Source: a bacterium | Lineage (GTDB): Bacteria; Patescibacteriota; Minisyncoccia; Minisyncoccales; CG1-02-41-26 | DNA: 39,502 nt | Direction of reading: 5' to 3' | Assembly (NCBI GenBank): GCA_030603395.1 | Contig: JAUVXX010000006.1 | Span: 1 to 39,502 of the forward strand | Shown here: piece after piece, positions 15,980 to 24,634 of the stretch | Layout of the letters: every line of letters starts with the position of its first letter | Position numbering within the stretch: position 1 is the first letter of the stretch | The notes under the pieces: model-generated | What the model was told of the DNA's origin: nothing | The model's input: only the letters and a program-made list of their open reading frames with translations | Databases searched by the model: none | Position numbers and translations under genes: made by a program

Positions 15980-17247
15980 GCTACCTTCTTTTTTATCTCT
16001 CTAATCACTTTTTTCACGTTAACTGTCTTTTGCTTACCGGTGGCCATTTCCCGAATAATTATCTTTCCATCTAAAACCTCCTTTTGTCCCAAAATTAAAC
16101 TATAAGGCACTTTTAATCTATCAGCTAATTTCAACTGAGAAGAAAGAGAATCTTTTTCAAAAGCGGTAGCCACTTTAATTTTAGCTTTTCTAAATTCTTC
16201 CAAAAGTTTTAGGGCTTTTCTTTTGGGAAGCTGCCCTATCTGGGCTAAGAAAATCCGAGTTCCAGTAGCTTTGCTGGCCCCTTGAGACTTCGGCTTTATT
16301 AAATTGACTACTCTTTCTATCCCGCAGGCTCCTCCACAAGCCGGGGTCTCTTTTCCTCCCAACATCCTTACTAAACCATCGTACCTGCCACCCCCCACCA
16401 ATGTTCCCTGCCCTTTTCCTTCTTTGGTGTCTTCAAAAATCTCAAAAACAGTTTTGGTATAATAATCCAAGCCCCGAACCAGATAAGGATTTAAACTATA
16501 GGGCAATTCCAATTCCTCCAAAAACTCTAAAACATTTTTAAAATGTTCATGGCATTCCTTGCAGAGATGGTCAAGAATGGGGGGACTGGCTCTGGCAACC
16601 CTCTGGCATTTCTCCTGTTTGCAATCCAGGATTCTTAGGGGGTTTTCTCTTAATCTCCTCTTGCAATCAACGCACAAAGAAGCTCTCCGTGATCTCAAGT
16701 AACTTACCAAAGTTTTTTTAAAATAGGGACGGCACTGGTGATCGCCAATGGAATTCAATTCAATGATTAAATTACGGAAGCCCAGGGTTTTTAAAATATT
16801 GTAAAAAATCTGAATAATTTGGGCATCAACTACCGGGGCAATCACTCCCAAGCTTTCAAAGCCAAACGAATGAAATTGACGATATCTTCCTGCCTGGGGC
16901 CGCTCATATCGAAAAAAAGGGCCAAAGTGCCAGAGCTTAACTGGTTTTGGCAAACTTTGCATCCCCTGTTGAAGGTAAGCCCTGACAATTCCCGGTGTCC
17001 CTTCCGGTTTCAAGGTTAATTGGTCACCGCCTCGAGTCCGGAAACTAAACATTTGTCTTTGGACAATATCAGTAGTCAGGCCCGTTCCTTTCTCAAAAAG
17101 TTGGGTCGTTTCCAAAATCGGAGTTTCAATCCTTTGAAAGCCATAAAAATCAGCTATGTCCCGACAAACTTTTTCAATCTTCTGAAAATATTTCAGGTCT
17201 CCTTCCAAGAGGTCACGCATGCCAGTTGGAGTTTGAAATTTTGCCAT
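15976..17247 (-). CDS. hisS: Histidine--tRNA ligase
   Basis: 423 aa with class II aaRS motifs: FRYERPQAGRYRQFHSFG, GGGRYDGL, and the usual Cys-rich insertion. An anticodon-binding C-terminal domain is present. Confidence 0.9.
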   Translation of the reverse strand: MAKFQTPTGMRDLLEGDLKYFQKIEKVCRDIADFYGFQRIETPILETTQLFEKGTGLTTDIVQRQMFSFRTRGGDQLTLKPEGTPGIVRAYLQQGMQSLPKPVKLWHFGPFFRYERPQAGRYRQFHSFGFESLGVIAPVVDAQIIQIFYNILKTLGFRNLIIELNSIGDHQCRPYFKKTLVSYLRSRRASLCVDCKRRLRENPLRILDCKQEKCQRVARASPPILDHLCKECHEHFKNVLEFLEELELPYSLNPYLVRGLDYYTKTVFEIFEDTKEGKGQGTLVGGGRYDGLVRMLGGKETPACGGACGIERVVNLIKPKSQGASKATGTRIFLAQIGQLPKRKALKLLEEFRKAKIKVATAFEKDSLSSQLKLADRLKVPYSLILGQKEVLDGKIIIREMATGKQKTVNVKKVIREIKKKVA

Positions 17248-17248
17248 A

Positions 17249-17794
17249 TTAATAACTTGGGGTAGGAATATAAGCCATGGCTTTGGGGGGCCAGGCTCTT
17301 AAAAGAACCCTTCCGACAATATACTCTTTTGACAAGGGTCCCCATTTTCTGGAATCAAAAGAATGAGCCCTGTTGTCTCCTAAAATAAAATATTCGCCCT
17401 CCCCCAGATTAACTTCCATTTCCCCGAGCCAATCTTGGGAGATAAGATAACTTGACTCATCTAAAACTATCGTCTCACCGAATTTGTCGGTGATGATGAT
17501 TTGTCCGTGCTGCAGCTCTACTTTCTCTTGAGGCAGGCCAACAATTCTTTTGATAAATCTTTGGGAGGGGTCCTGGGGATACTTGAAAACAATCACCTCT
17601 CCTCTCTGGGGTTCTTTGAAACGATAACTGATTTCGTCAATAATCAAATAATCGCCGTCGTGAAAGGCAGGAGTCATGGAAAGTCCCTTAACAATAAAAG
17701 GTTGAAAAACAAAATACCTGATAGGAATAACTATCACCAAAGCCAAAAGGACTATTTTGATAATCTCAAATAAAAATGATGATGTTCCTTTCAT
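17249..17794 (-). CDS. lepB: Signal peptidase I
   Basis: 181 aa with an N-terminal TM helix, catalytic Ser box GLSMTPAF, Lys box FIKRIVGLP and GDNRAHSFDSR. Confidence 0.85.
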   Translation of the reverse strand: MKGTSSFLFEIIKIVLLALVIVIPIRYFVFQPFIVKGLSMTPAFHDGDYLIIDEISYRFKEPQRGEVIVFKYPQDPSQRFIKRIVGLPQEKVELQHGQIIITDKFGETIVLDESSYLISQDWLGEMEVNLGEGEYFILGDNRAHSFDSRKWGPLSKEYIVGRVLLRAWPPKAMAYIPTPSY

Positions 17795-17815
17795 AATTAT
17801 TTTTACTATCTTTTA

Positions 17816-17843
17816 ATTATACTTAAATTTTTAAATTTATCAA
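17816..17843 (-). promoter_or_regulatory. Putative promoter of the lepB-to-ftsZ minus-strand run (TTGATA-N16-TATAAT)
   Basis: The minus strand has TTGATA at 17838-17843 and TATAAT at 17816-17821. The lepB ATG (17794) lies about 15 nt from the predicted TSS. Confidence 0.45.
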
Positions 17844-17848
17844 ATAAT

Positions 17849-17857
17849 TGATACAAT
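17849..17857 (+). promoter_or_regulatory. Putative extended -10 promoter of pth (TGaTACAAT)
   Basis: TGATACAAT lies at 17849-17857. The upstream -35 region is only AT-rich (TTTAAA). The pth ATG at 17868 is 10 nt after the -10 element. Confidence 0.35.
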
Positions 17858-17867
17858 AAAGAAATCT

Positions 17868-18437
17868 ATGATTTTAATCGTTGGCCTCGGCAATCCTGGG
17901 GTTAAGTATTCGAGAACTCGTCATAATGTTGGTTTTCGCGTGTTAGATGAATTCCAAAAGGAAAATAATTTCCCTAATTTTAAGTTACTGAAAAAATTTA
18001 ACTCCTTAGCTTCTGCTGGGAATTTCACCAACAAGGAAATTCTCTTGACTGAACCCCAAACCTTTATGAACAACTCCGGGAGCGCAATAAAAGCTCTAAT
18101 TAAATTTTACAAAATTACCAGCCCTAATCTCGTAGTGGTTCATGATGATATTGATTTGCCTTTGGGAAAAATCCGTATCTCAAAGGGCCGAGGTTCGGCC
18201 GGCCACAAGGGTGTGGAGTCAATAATCAAAGAGTTGAAAACCAAAAATTTTGTTCGTTTCAGAATTGGCATTCAACCCCTCAAAGGCAAACCAAAAAATC
18301 CTGAAAAGTTTGTCCTTCAAAAATTCCTCAAAGAAGAAGAAAAAATTATCAAGAAAATTACTAAAACAGGCTGCCAAGCTCTAGAAACTGCTTTAACCAA
18401 AGACACTGAAAAAGCAATGAGTAAATTTAATAAATGA
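17868..18437 (+). CDS. pth: Peptidyl-tRNA hydrolase
   Basis: 189 aa with LIVGLGNPG..Y..TRHNVGF and VVHDDIDLPLGKIR. Confidence 0.9.
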   Translation: MILIVGLGNPGVKYSRTRHNVGFRVLDEFQKENNFPNFKLLKKFNSLASAGNFTNKEILLTEPQTFMNNSGSAIKALIKFYKITSPNLVVVHDDIDLPLGKIRISKGRGSAGHKGVESIIKELKTKNFVRFRIGIQPLKGKPKNPEKFVLQKFLKEEEKIIKKITKTGCQALETALTKDTEKAMSKFNK

Positions 18438-19789
18438 ATATGACAAAGAAGACTCCCAAAATTCTAAATCGAAAGGCTTGGGTGGTTGATGTGGATATGG
18501 GTTATGGGCATCAGAGGACGGCTTTCCCTTTGAAGCACCTGGCTCCCGGGGGAAAAATTATCAATGCCAACAGTTATCAGAGAATTCCAGAAAAAGACAG
18601 AAAAATCTGGGAAGCATCAAGAATATTTTATGAATTCATCTCAAGATTTAAAAGAATTCCCTTCGTCGGAGGACTTGTTTTTTTCATCTACGATAAATTT
18701 CAGAAAATTCATCCTTTTTATCCTCAAAGAGACCTTTCTGAACCAAATTTTTCTTTAAAACGAATTTGTTCTTTGATTAAAAAAGGCTGGGGCAAGCACT
18801 TGGTCCTTCGACTTAGCTCAGGACAAGTTGAGAAATTAAAAAAGAAACCACTTCCTTTAATTACGACTTTCTTTATTCCGGCTTTTATGGCTGAAATTCA
18901 CGGCTACCCTGGGGAGATTTATTGCGCGGTTTGCGATGCTGACATTTCAAGAAGCTGGGCTCCCCTAAATCCTCAAAAGAGTAAAATTAAATATTTTGCT
19001 CCCAATCAGAGAGTGGTTAAAAGATTAAAACTTTATGGAGTAAAAAGAGAAAATATCTTTCTAACTGGTTATCCCCTGCCCAAGGAAAATCTTGGCTCAA
19101 AGAATATGGAAATTGCCAAGAAAGATTTAGCCCGACGAATCCCAAATCTCGACCTGAAGAGTCAATATCGTTATCGCTACCGGTCTTTGATTAAAAAATA
19201 CTTAGGGTCTTTGCCCCGAGAATCAGACCATCCCTTAACTATAATGTTTGCGGTGGGGGGAGCGGGAGCTCAAAAAGAAATTGCTATTAAAATTGTGGGG
19301 AGTTTAGCTAAAAAAATTAAAGCTGGAGAAGTAAAAATAATTTTGGTGGCTGGAATTAGAAAAAGAGTTAAAGAATACTTCAAAAAAGAAATTGACAGAG
19401 GACAGTTCTCTGTTGATTTGGGTAAATTTGTTGAGATTTTGTATCAAAAGAAAATAGAAGATTATTTTCGAGAATTTAACCAGAAATTGAGAAAAACGGA
19501 TATTTTGTGGACAAAACCAAGCGAACTTTCCTTTTACACCGGCTTGGGATTACCTATAATTATCGCTCCTCCCATTGGCTCTCAGGAAGATTTTAATAAA
19601 GAGTGGCTATTAGGGGTTGGTTCAGCTATATCTCAGAAAAATCCAAAATATACCAACGAATGGTTATTTGACCTTTTAGAAACAGGTTGGCTTGCTGAGG
19701 CAGCCATGCAGGGATTTGTGGAAAGTCCAAACCTGGGAACTTTTAATATTGAGAAGGTGGTGACAGGCAAAATCCGCCTTCCCTTTTAA
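18434..19789 (+). CDS. Putative GT28 / MGDG-synthase-like glycosyltransferase
   Basis: 451 aa. The N-terminal GYGHQRTAFPL resembles the G-x-GH-x-x-A motif of the UgtP/MGDG synthase family. The C-terminal WTKPSELSFYTGLGLPIIIAPPIGSQEDFNKEWL resembles the KPGG..E....G.P.I....PGQE..N motif. This is recognition by eye only. Confidence 0.4.
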   Translation: MNMTKKTPKILNRKAWVVDVDMGYGHQRTAFPLKHLAPGGKIINANSYQRIPEKDRKIWEASRIFYEFISRFKRIPFVGGLVFFIYDKFQKIHPFYPQRDLSEPNFSLKRICSLIKKGWGKHLVLRLSSGQVEKLKKKPLPLITTFFIPAFMAEIHGYPGEIYCAVCDADISRSWAPLNPQKSKIKYFAPNQRVVKRLKLYGVKRENIFLTGYPLPKENLGSKNMEIAKKDLARRIPNLDLKSQYRYRYRSLIKKYLGSLPRESDHPLTIMFAVGGAGAQKEIAIKIVGSLAKKIKAGEVKIILVAGIRKRVKEYFKKEIDRGQFSVDLGKFVEILYQKKIEDYFREFNQKLRKTDILWTKPSELSFYTGLGLPIIIAPPIGSQEDFNKEWLLGVGSAISQKNPKYTNEWLFDLLETGWLAEAAMQGFVESPNLGTFNIEKVVTGKIRLPF

Positions 19790-19801
19790 TCCTTTTCTTC
19801 T

Positions 19802-20704
19802 ATGATTTGGCTACCAATTATAATTTTTGCTTATCTTATCTTTGCTGTCACTTCTTTAATTGACAAATATCTTTTAACTGGGCCGCCCAATCCAAAAAGT
19901 TATTCGTTTTACGTTGGGGTGCTGGGGATTTCAGCTCTGGTTTTAGTTCCCTTTGTTGGTTTTTCAGTTCCTGAAACTTCTCAAATTCTTCTTTCTCTCT
20001 TAGCTGGGGCAATTTTCATTTTTGCTTTCTTTTGGTTTTACACCGGCTTGGAAAAATTTGAGGCCTCAAAAATTGTCCCGGCAATTGGAGGAATTTTGCC
20101 TTTATTTACCTTCGGTTTAGTTTATCTTTTATCGGGAGGACAAGAAATTTTAGGTCTCAAAGAAATATTTGCTTTTTTTCTGCTTATTCTGGGAAGTGTT
20201 TTAATTAATCTTGAAAGAAAACGGGGCATAACCCTCGGCAGTTTAAAAGTTTCAGTAATTGCCGCTTTTTTCTTCTCTTTAGCTTTTGTTTTCAGTAAAT
20301 ACGTTTACCTGGGGCAACCTTTTTGGTCAGGCTTTATTTGGATGAGAATAGGTGGGTTTTTAGCTGCTTTCTGTTTTCTTTTAACAAAAGCGGTCAGAGA
20401 AGAGATTTTCTTGAAAAAGTTCACTTTCCAAAAAAAGACCGGCACTCTTTTCCTTTTTAATCAGGGGCTGGGAGCCGGGGCTTTTATTTTGCAAAACCTT
20501 GCCATCGCTCTAGTGGGCTTAGCTTTTTTACCCTTTATTAATGCCCTACAGGGTGTTCAGTATATCTTTTTATTTTTAATCATAATTTTTCTGGCCAAAA
20601 AGTTCCCCAAAATTTCAGAAGAAAAATTAACCAAAAAAATTATCTTACAGAAAGTTATCAGCATTATCTTAATTGGCTTAGGTCTGGCTATTTTGTCTTT
20701 TTAA
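19802..20704 (+). CDS. Polytopic membrane protein, DMT/EamA-like (about 10 TM helices)
   Basis: 300 aa, with two similar five-helix halves suggested by the hydrophobicity pattern. No diagnostic motif was recognised. Confidence 0.35.
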   Translation: MIWLPIIIFAYLIFAVTSLIDKYLLTGPPNPKSYSFYVGVLGISALVLVPFVGFSVPETSQILLSLLAGAIFIFAFFWFYTGLEKFEASKIVPAIGGILPLFTFGLVYLLSGGQEILGLKEIFAFFLLILGSVLINLERKRGITLGSLKVSVIAAFFFSLAFVFSKYVYLGQPFWSGFIWMRIGGFLAAFCFLLTKAVREEIFLKKFTFQKKTGTLFLFNQGLGAGAFILQNLAIALVGLAFLPFINALQGVQYIFLFLIIIFLAKKFPKISEEKLTKKIILQKVISIILIGLGLAILSF

Positions 20705-20705
20705 C

Positions 20706-21707
20706 ATGAAACTACGGACTCTTAAAATTGTTATTTTAATTATCGTTGCTATCTTTGCCCTCTATCTAATTAGCTGGACTTTTGATTTCAGCCAAGACAA
20801 AGAGTTTAAGCTGGGAATAACTTTCAGCCAGCTTTATGCTCAAAAACAATTGGATTTGGACTGGCGAGAAACCTATCTGGCAATTTTAAAAGATTTAAAT
20901 CCCAGATATCTCCGACTGATTGCCTATTGGCAGTATCTTGAACCTAAAAAGGGTCAATTTAATTTTGAAGATTTGGACTGGCAAATTGCCAGAGCTCAAG
21001 AGGAACATAAAGAAATAATTTTAGTGGTCGGGCACCGCGTTCCTCGTTGGCCAGAATGCCATCATCCCTCTTGGGTTGAAAATTTATCAACCGAAGAATT
21101 TCAAGAGGCAACCTTAGAATTTCTAAGCCAAACCATAAATCACTACAAGGACATTGAAAGTATTAAGGTCTGGCAAATAGAAAATGAGCCTTTATTTTTT
21201 CTTTTTGGCAATTGCCCTAAACCAGACAGAGAATTCTTAAAAAAAGAAATTGCTCTGGTTAAATCTTTAGACCCTACCAGGAATATTATTATCACTGACA
21301 GCGGAGAGTTAAGTTTGTGGTTAAAAACTTCGGGACTTTCTGAAATTTTAGGAACCACCTTATATCGAACCGTCTGGGGTAAACCTTTTGGCTATTTTAA
21401 ACATCTTTATCCCCCGGCTTTTTATACTTTAAGGGCTTGGGTGGCCAAAAAGTTTTTTGGAACCGAACAAGTCATTATTTCAGAACTCCAGGGAGAACCC
21501 TGGGGCCGAGAACATAAATCATTGGCTCAAATACCGATTGAAGAACAACTAAAACATTTTGACCTAAAAGATTTGAAAAAGAATATTGAATTCGCCAAAA
21601 AAACCGGTATTGATGAAATCTACCTCTGGGGCGCCGAATGGTGGTACTGGCTGAAAGAGAAACACAATAACTCCACTTTCTGGAACAAAGCCAAAGAAAT
21701 CTTCTAA
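20706..21707 (+). CDS. Membrane-anchored clan GH-A (TIM-barrel) glycoside-hydrolase-like protein
   Basis: 333 aa with an N-terminal TM anchor. VWQIENEP matches the acid/base NEP motif of clan GH-A enzymes, and ISELQGEPW is a candidate nucleophile strand. Confidence 0.45.
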   Translation: MKLRTLKIVILIIVAIFALYLISWTFDFSQDKEFKLGITFSQLYAQKQLDLDWRETYLAILKDLNPRYLRLIAYWQYLEPKKGQFNFEDLDWQIARAQEEHKEIILVVGHRVPRWPECHHPSWVENLSTEEFQEATLEFLSQTINHYKDIESIKVWQIENEPLFFLFGNCPKPDREFLKKEIALVKSLDPTRNIIITDSGELSLWLKTSGLSEILGTTLYRTVWGKPFGYFKHLYPPAFYTLRAWVAKKFFGTEQVIISELQGEPWGREHKSLAQIPIEEQLKHFDLKDLKKNIEFAKKTGIDEIYLWGAEWWYWLKEKHNNSTFWNKAKEIF

Positions 21708-21713
21708 GAGATT

Positions 21714-21741
21714 TTGACAATGCTTTGAGAAGCCATATAAT
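21714..21741 (+). promoter_or_regulatory. Consensus promoter upstream of mfd (TTGACA-N16-TATAAT)
   Basis: TTGACA at 21714-21719 and TATAAT at 21736-21741. The first ATG (21755) is 13 nt after the -10 element. Confidence 0.55.
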
Positions 21742-21754
21742 ATAAAATACTGGA

Positions 21755-23731
21755 ATGGATTTGTCAAATGAGAGAGTGATGAATAGGGTTTTAATTACAA
21801 GTATCACCCCTTATTTTTTAGAAAGGCGGAGTTTTTGGTTTGAGGAGAATTTAAATAAGATTTTAAGGGCAAGGAAAACTCAGACCTTTTGGCGGGATAA
21901 CACGCTTTTTTTAGAAAAGGGGCAAAAAGTAAATCTATCAGAAATTTTGAGAAAATTGGACGAACTGGGCTATGAAAAAGTTTTTAAGGTTTCAGAGCCC
22001 GGGGAGTTTTCCCAGAGAGGAGGCATTGTTGATGTTTTTCCCGTAAACTCAAGGTTCAGCGTGCGATTTGAATTTTTGGGAAACAAAATAGAAAACATTG
22101 AGAAGAGAGAATTTGAAATTGAAGATGAGGAACGACAAAAAGAACTTTTAAAAAAGAAGTTGAAATCCCAAAAACTATTTTCTGACTTGAAGGGGTTGAA
22201 AAAGGGAGATTATTTGGTTCACCTTGACCATGGCATCGGCTATTTTAATGGTTTCTCTACAATTGTTCACGATGGTAGAGATTTATTGAAAAAATACTAT
22301 CTTTTGGAATACGGCGGAGGCGATAAATTGTACGTTCCGGTTGGTCTTGAGAGGAAGTTGACCAGATATATTGGTTTTGGAGAGCCCAAACTTTCAAGAT
22401 TGGGAAGCACCCTCTGGCAGAGAACCAAAAGAAAAATCAAAGAAGAGGCCCAGAACTTTGCCAGAGAACTTTTGGCTGTTTTTGCCAAAAAAGAAATTTC
22501 CCGCCGTATCCCCTACCTTCAAAAAGGGATTTCTCAAAGTTTGGATGCCACTTTTGAATACTCTTTAACTCCGGACCAGATTGAGGTCTTGAAAGAAATT
22601 GCCGGAGATTTGGAAAAAGAGAAACCGATGGATAGAATTGTCTGTGGAGACGTTGGTTTTGGCAAAACCGAGGTGGCTCTCCGGGCAGCCACCAGAGTGG
22701 CCGAAAACGGAAGGCAGGTGGCCATGATTTGCCCGACCACCATCTTAGCCTCCCAGCACCTAAACGTTTTTCAAAAGCGATTAAAAAATCTCCCTTTTAG
22801 GGTTGAAATTCTTTCAAGGTTACAACCAAAAAATATTCAAAGAAAAATCACCAGAGAGTTAGAGGAAGGGAAAATTGATATTTTAATTGGCACTCACCGG
22901 GTTCTCTCAAGGGATGTTAAGTTTCAAAACTTGGGACTCTTGATTGTTGACGATGAACAAAAATTCGGAGTCCGTCAGAAAGAAAAGTTAAGGACTCTCA
23001 AACCAAACATTGATATTCTCTCCTTATCAGCAACCCCTATTCCAAGGACTTTGTATATGGCTTTGAGTTCTCTAAAAGATATCAGTTTGATTCGGACGCC
23101 CCCGGAAGGCAGGAAAGGAATCAAAACATACATTGCTCCCTTTAAGAAAGAAATTATTAAAAAGGCAATTGAGGCAGAACTTGAGAGAGACGGCCAGATT
23201 TATTTTTTACACAATCGTATTGAAACAATCCTAGCTTTCAAAAAATTTTTAGAGAAACTAAAGACAGGAGTTAAAATCGGAATTTTACACGGCAGATTGG
23301 AAGAAAAAGAAATGGTCAAGGTGATGGATGATTTCCAGAAAGGGAAATTTGACTTACTCTTAGCAACTACTATTATTGAAAACGGGCTTGACCTACCCAG
23401 GGTTAATACTCTAATTGTTGATGCAGCAACCAAGTTAGGACTCAGCCAGGCCTATCAAATCCGAGGCAGAATAGGCAGGTCTTACATCCAAAGTTTCGCT
23501 TATTTTTTCTACCCCAAAAAGAAACTCACTCCTTTAGCCAAAAAACGGCTCAAAGCTTTAAAAAGGGCGGAGGAGCTGGGCTCTGGCTACCGTATTGCTC
23601 TGGCTGATTTGGAAATTCGGGGGGCTGGAAATGTCTTGGGCAAAGAACAATCAGGAAACATTAACAGGATTGGCTTGAATTTATATTGTCAGATGCTCTC
23701 CCAGGCCGTTGAGAGGTTAAAACCGAATTAA
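21755..23731 (+). CDS. mfd: Transcription-repair coupling factor Mfd, short form
   Basis: 658 aa. The CarD/TRCF RNAP-interaction motif is KGDYLVHLDHGIGYF...YLLEYGGGDKLYVPV. SF2 helicase motifs are DVGFGKTEVALRAA, DDEQKFGV and QIRGRIGRS, and the TRG-like segment is LEIRGAGNVLGKEQSG. An alternative start lies at ATG 21779. Confidence 0.8.
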   Translation: MDLSNERVMNRVLITSITPYFLERRSFWFEENLNKILRARKTQTFWRDNTLFLEKGQKVNLSEILRKLDELGYEKVFKVSEPGEFSQRGGIVDVFPVNSRFSVRFEFLGNKIENIEKREFEIEDEERQKELLKKKLKSQKLFSDLKGLKKGDYLVHLDHGIGYFNGFSTIVHDGRDLLKKYYLLEYGGGDKLYVPVGLERKLTRYIGFGEPKLSRLGSTLWQRTKRKIKEEAQNFARELLAVFAKKEISRRIPYLQKGISQSLDATFEYSLTPDQIEVLKEIAGDLEKEKPMDRIVCGDVGFGKTEVALRAATRVAENGRQVAMICPTTILASQHLNVFQKRLKNLPFRVEILSRLQPKNIQRKITRELEEGKIDILIGTHRVLSRDVKFQNLGLLIVDDEQKFGVRQKEKLRTLKPNIDILSLSATPIPRTLYMALSSLKDISLIRTPPEGRKGIKTYIAPFKKEIIKKAIEAELERDGQIYFLHNRIETILAFKKFLEKLKTGVKIGILHGRLEEKEMVKVMDDFQKGKFDLLLATTIIENGLDLPRVNTLIVDAATKLGLSQAYQIRGRIGRSYIQSFAYFFYPKKKLTPLAKKRLKALKRAEELGSGYRIALADLEIRGAGNVLGKEQSGNINRIGLNLYCQMLSQAVERLKPN

Positions 23732-23767
23732 TTTTGAAAATTTACCAATTTTCTTTAAACTTAATTA

Positions 23768-24634
23768 ATGGAGATAGAAAGAATAAAAATCGATGATGAA
23801 CTTTATCCGAAACTTTTAAGGAAAATCTCCGACCCACCAAAAGCTCTTTACGTTAGAGGAGAACTGTTAAAAAATGAAATTTGTTTTGGTATTGTTGGAA
23901 CCAGGCGATGTTCTGATTATGGAAAAGAAATTGCTTTTTCCATAGCCAGAGATTTGGCTCAAGCAGGCCTGACCGTGGTCAGTGGCATGGCCAGAGGCAT
24001 TGACAGTTTCAGTCACCAGGGGGCACTGGAAAGAAAAGGCAGAACAGTGGCTGTTCTGGGGACGGGACTTGATGAAAAAAGTATTTATCCTCAAGAAAAT
24101 TTGAAATTAGCCAAAAGAATTCTAACTGAAAGTGGCTGCCTTATTTCTGAATATCCTGAAGGAACACCGGGAATGAAATCAAACTTTCCGGAAAGAAACC
24201 GAATAATCTCCGGGATGAGTTTGGGGGTTTTGGTGATTGAAGCTAAATTTGGTTCGGGAGCATTAATCACCGCTAATTGGGCCAGGAAGCAGAAAAGAAA
24301 AATATTTGCAGTGCCGGGAACCGTTCACTCTAAAAATTCTCAAGGTCCCCATTCCTTAATTAAAAAAGGTGCGATATTGGTGGAAAAGGCTGATGACATT
24401 CTTAAAGAGTTGAATCTTCCTTGTTTAAGGTCGGGCCTTAAACAATTGAAGGGAGAGAGCTTGGAAGAAAATTTGATTTTGAAAGTGTTGAGAGAAGGTA
24501 GTTTATCTATAGACAAAATCATTGAGAAAACAAAACTTACTCCTCAAATAGTTTCAGCCAACTTGAGTTTAATGGAAATAAATGACAAGGTAAAAAACTT
24601 AGGAGCTAATGTATATGCGCTTAGTCATAGTTGA
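23768..24634 (+). CDS. dprA: DNA processing protein DprA
   Basis: 288 aa with GIVGTRRCSDYG...VVSGMARGIDSFSHQGAL and a winged-helix-like C-terminus. Confidence 0.85.
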   Translation: MEIERIKIDDELYPKLLRKISDPPKALYVRGELLKNEICFGIVGTRRCSDYGKEIAFSIARDLAQAGLTVVSGMARGIDSFSHQGALERKGRTVAVLGTGLDEKSIYPQENLKLAKRILTESGCLISEYPEGTPGMKSNFPERNRIISGMSLGVLVIEAKFGSGALITANWARKQKRKIFAVPGTVHSKNSQGPHSLIKKGAILVEKADDILKELNLPCLRSGLKQLKGESLEENLILKVLREGSLSIDKIIEKTKLTPQIVSANLSLMEINDKVKNLGANVYALSHS

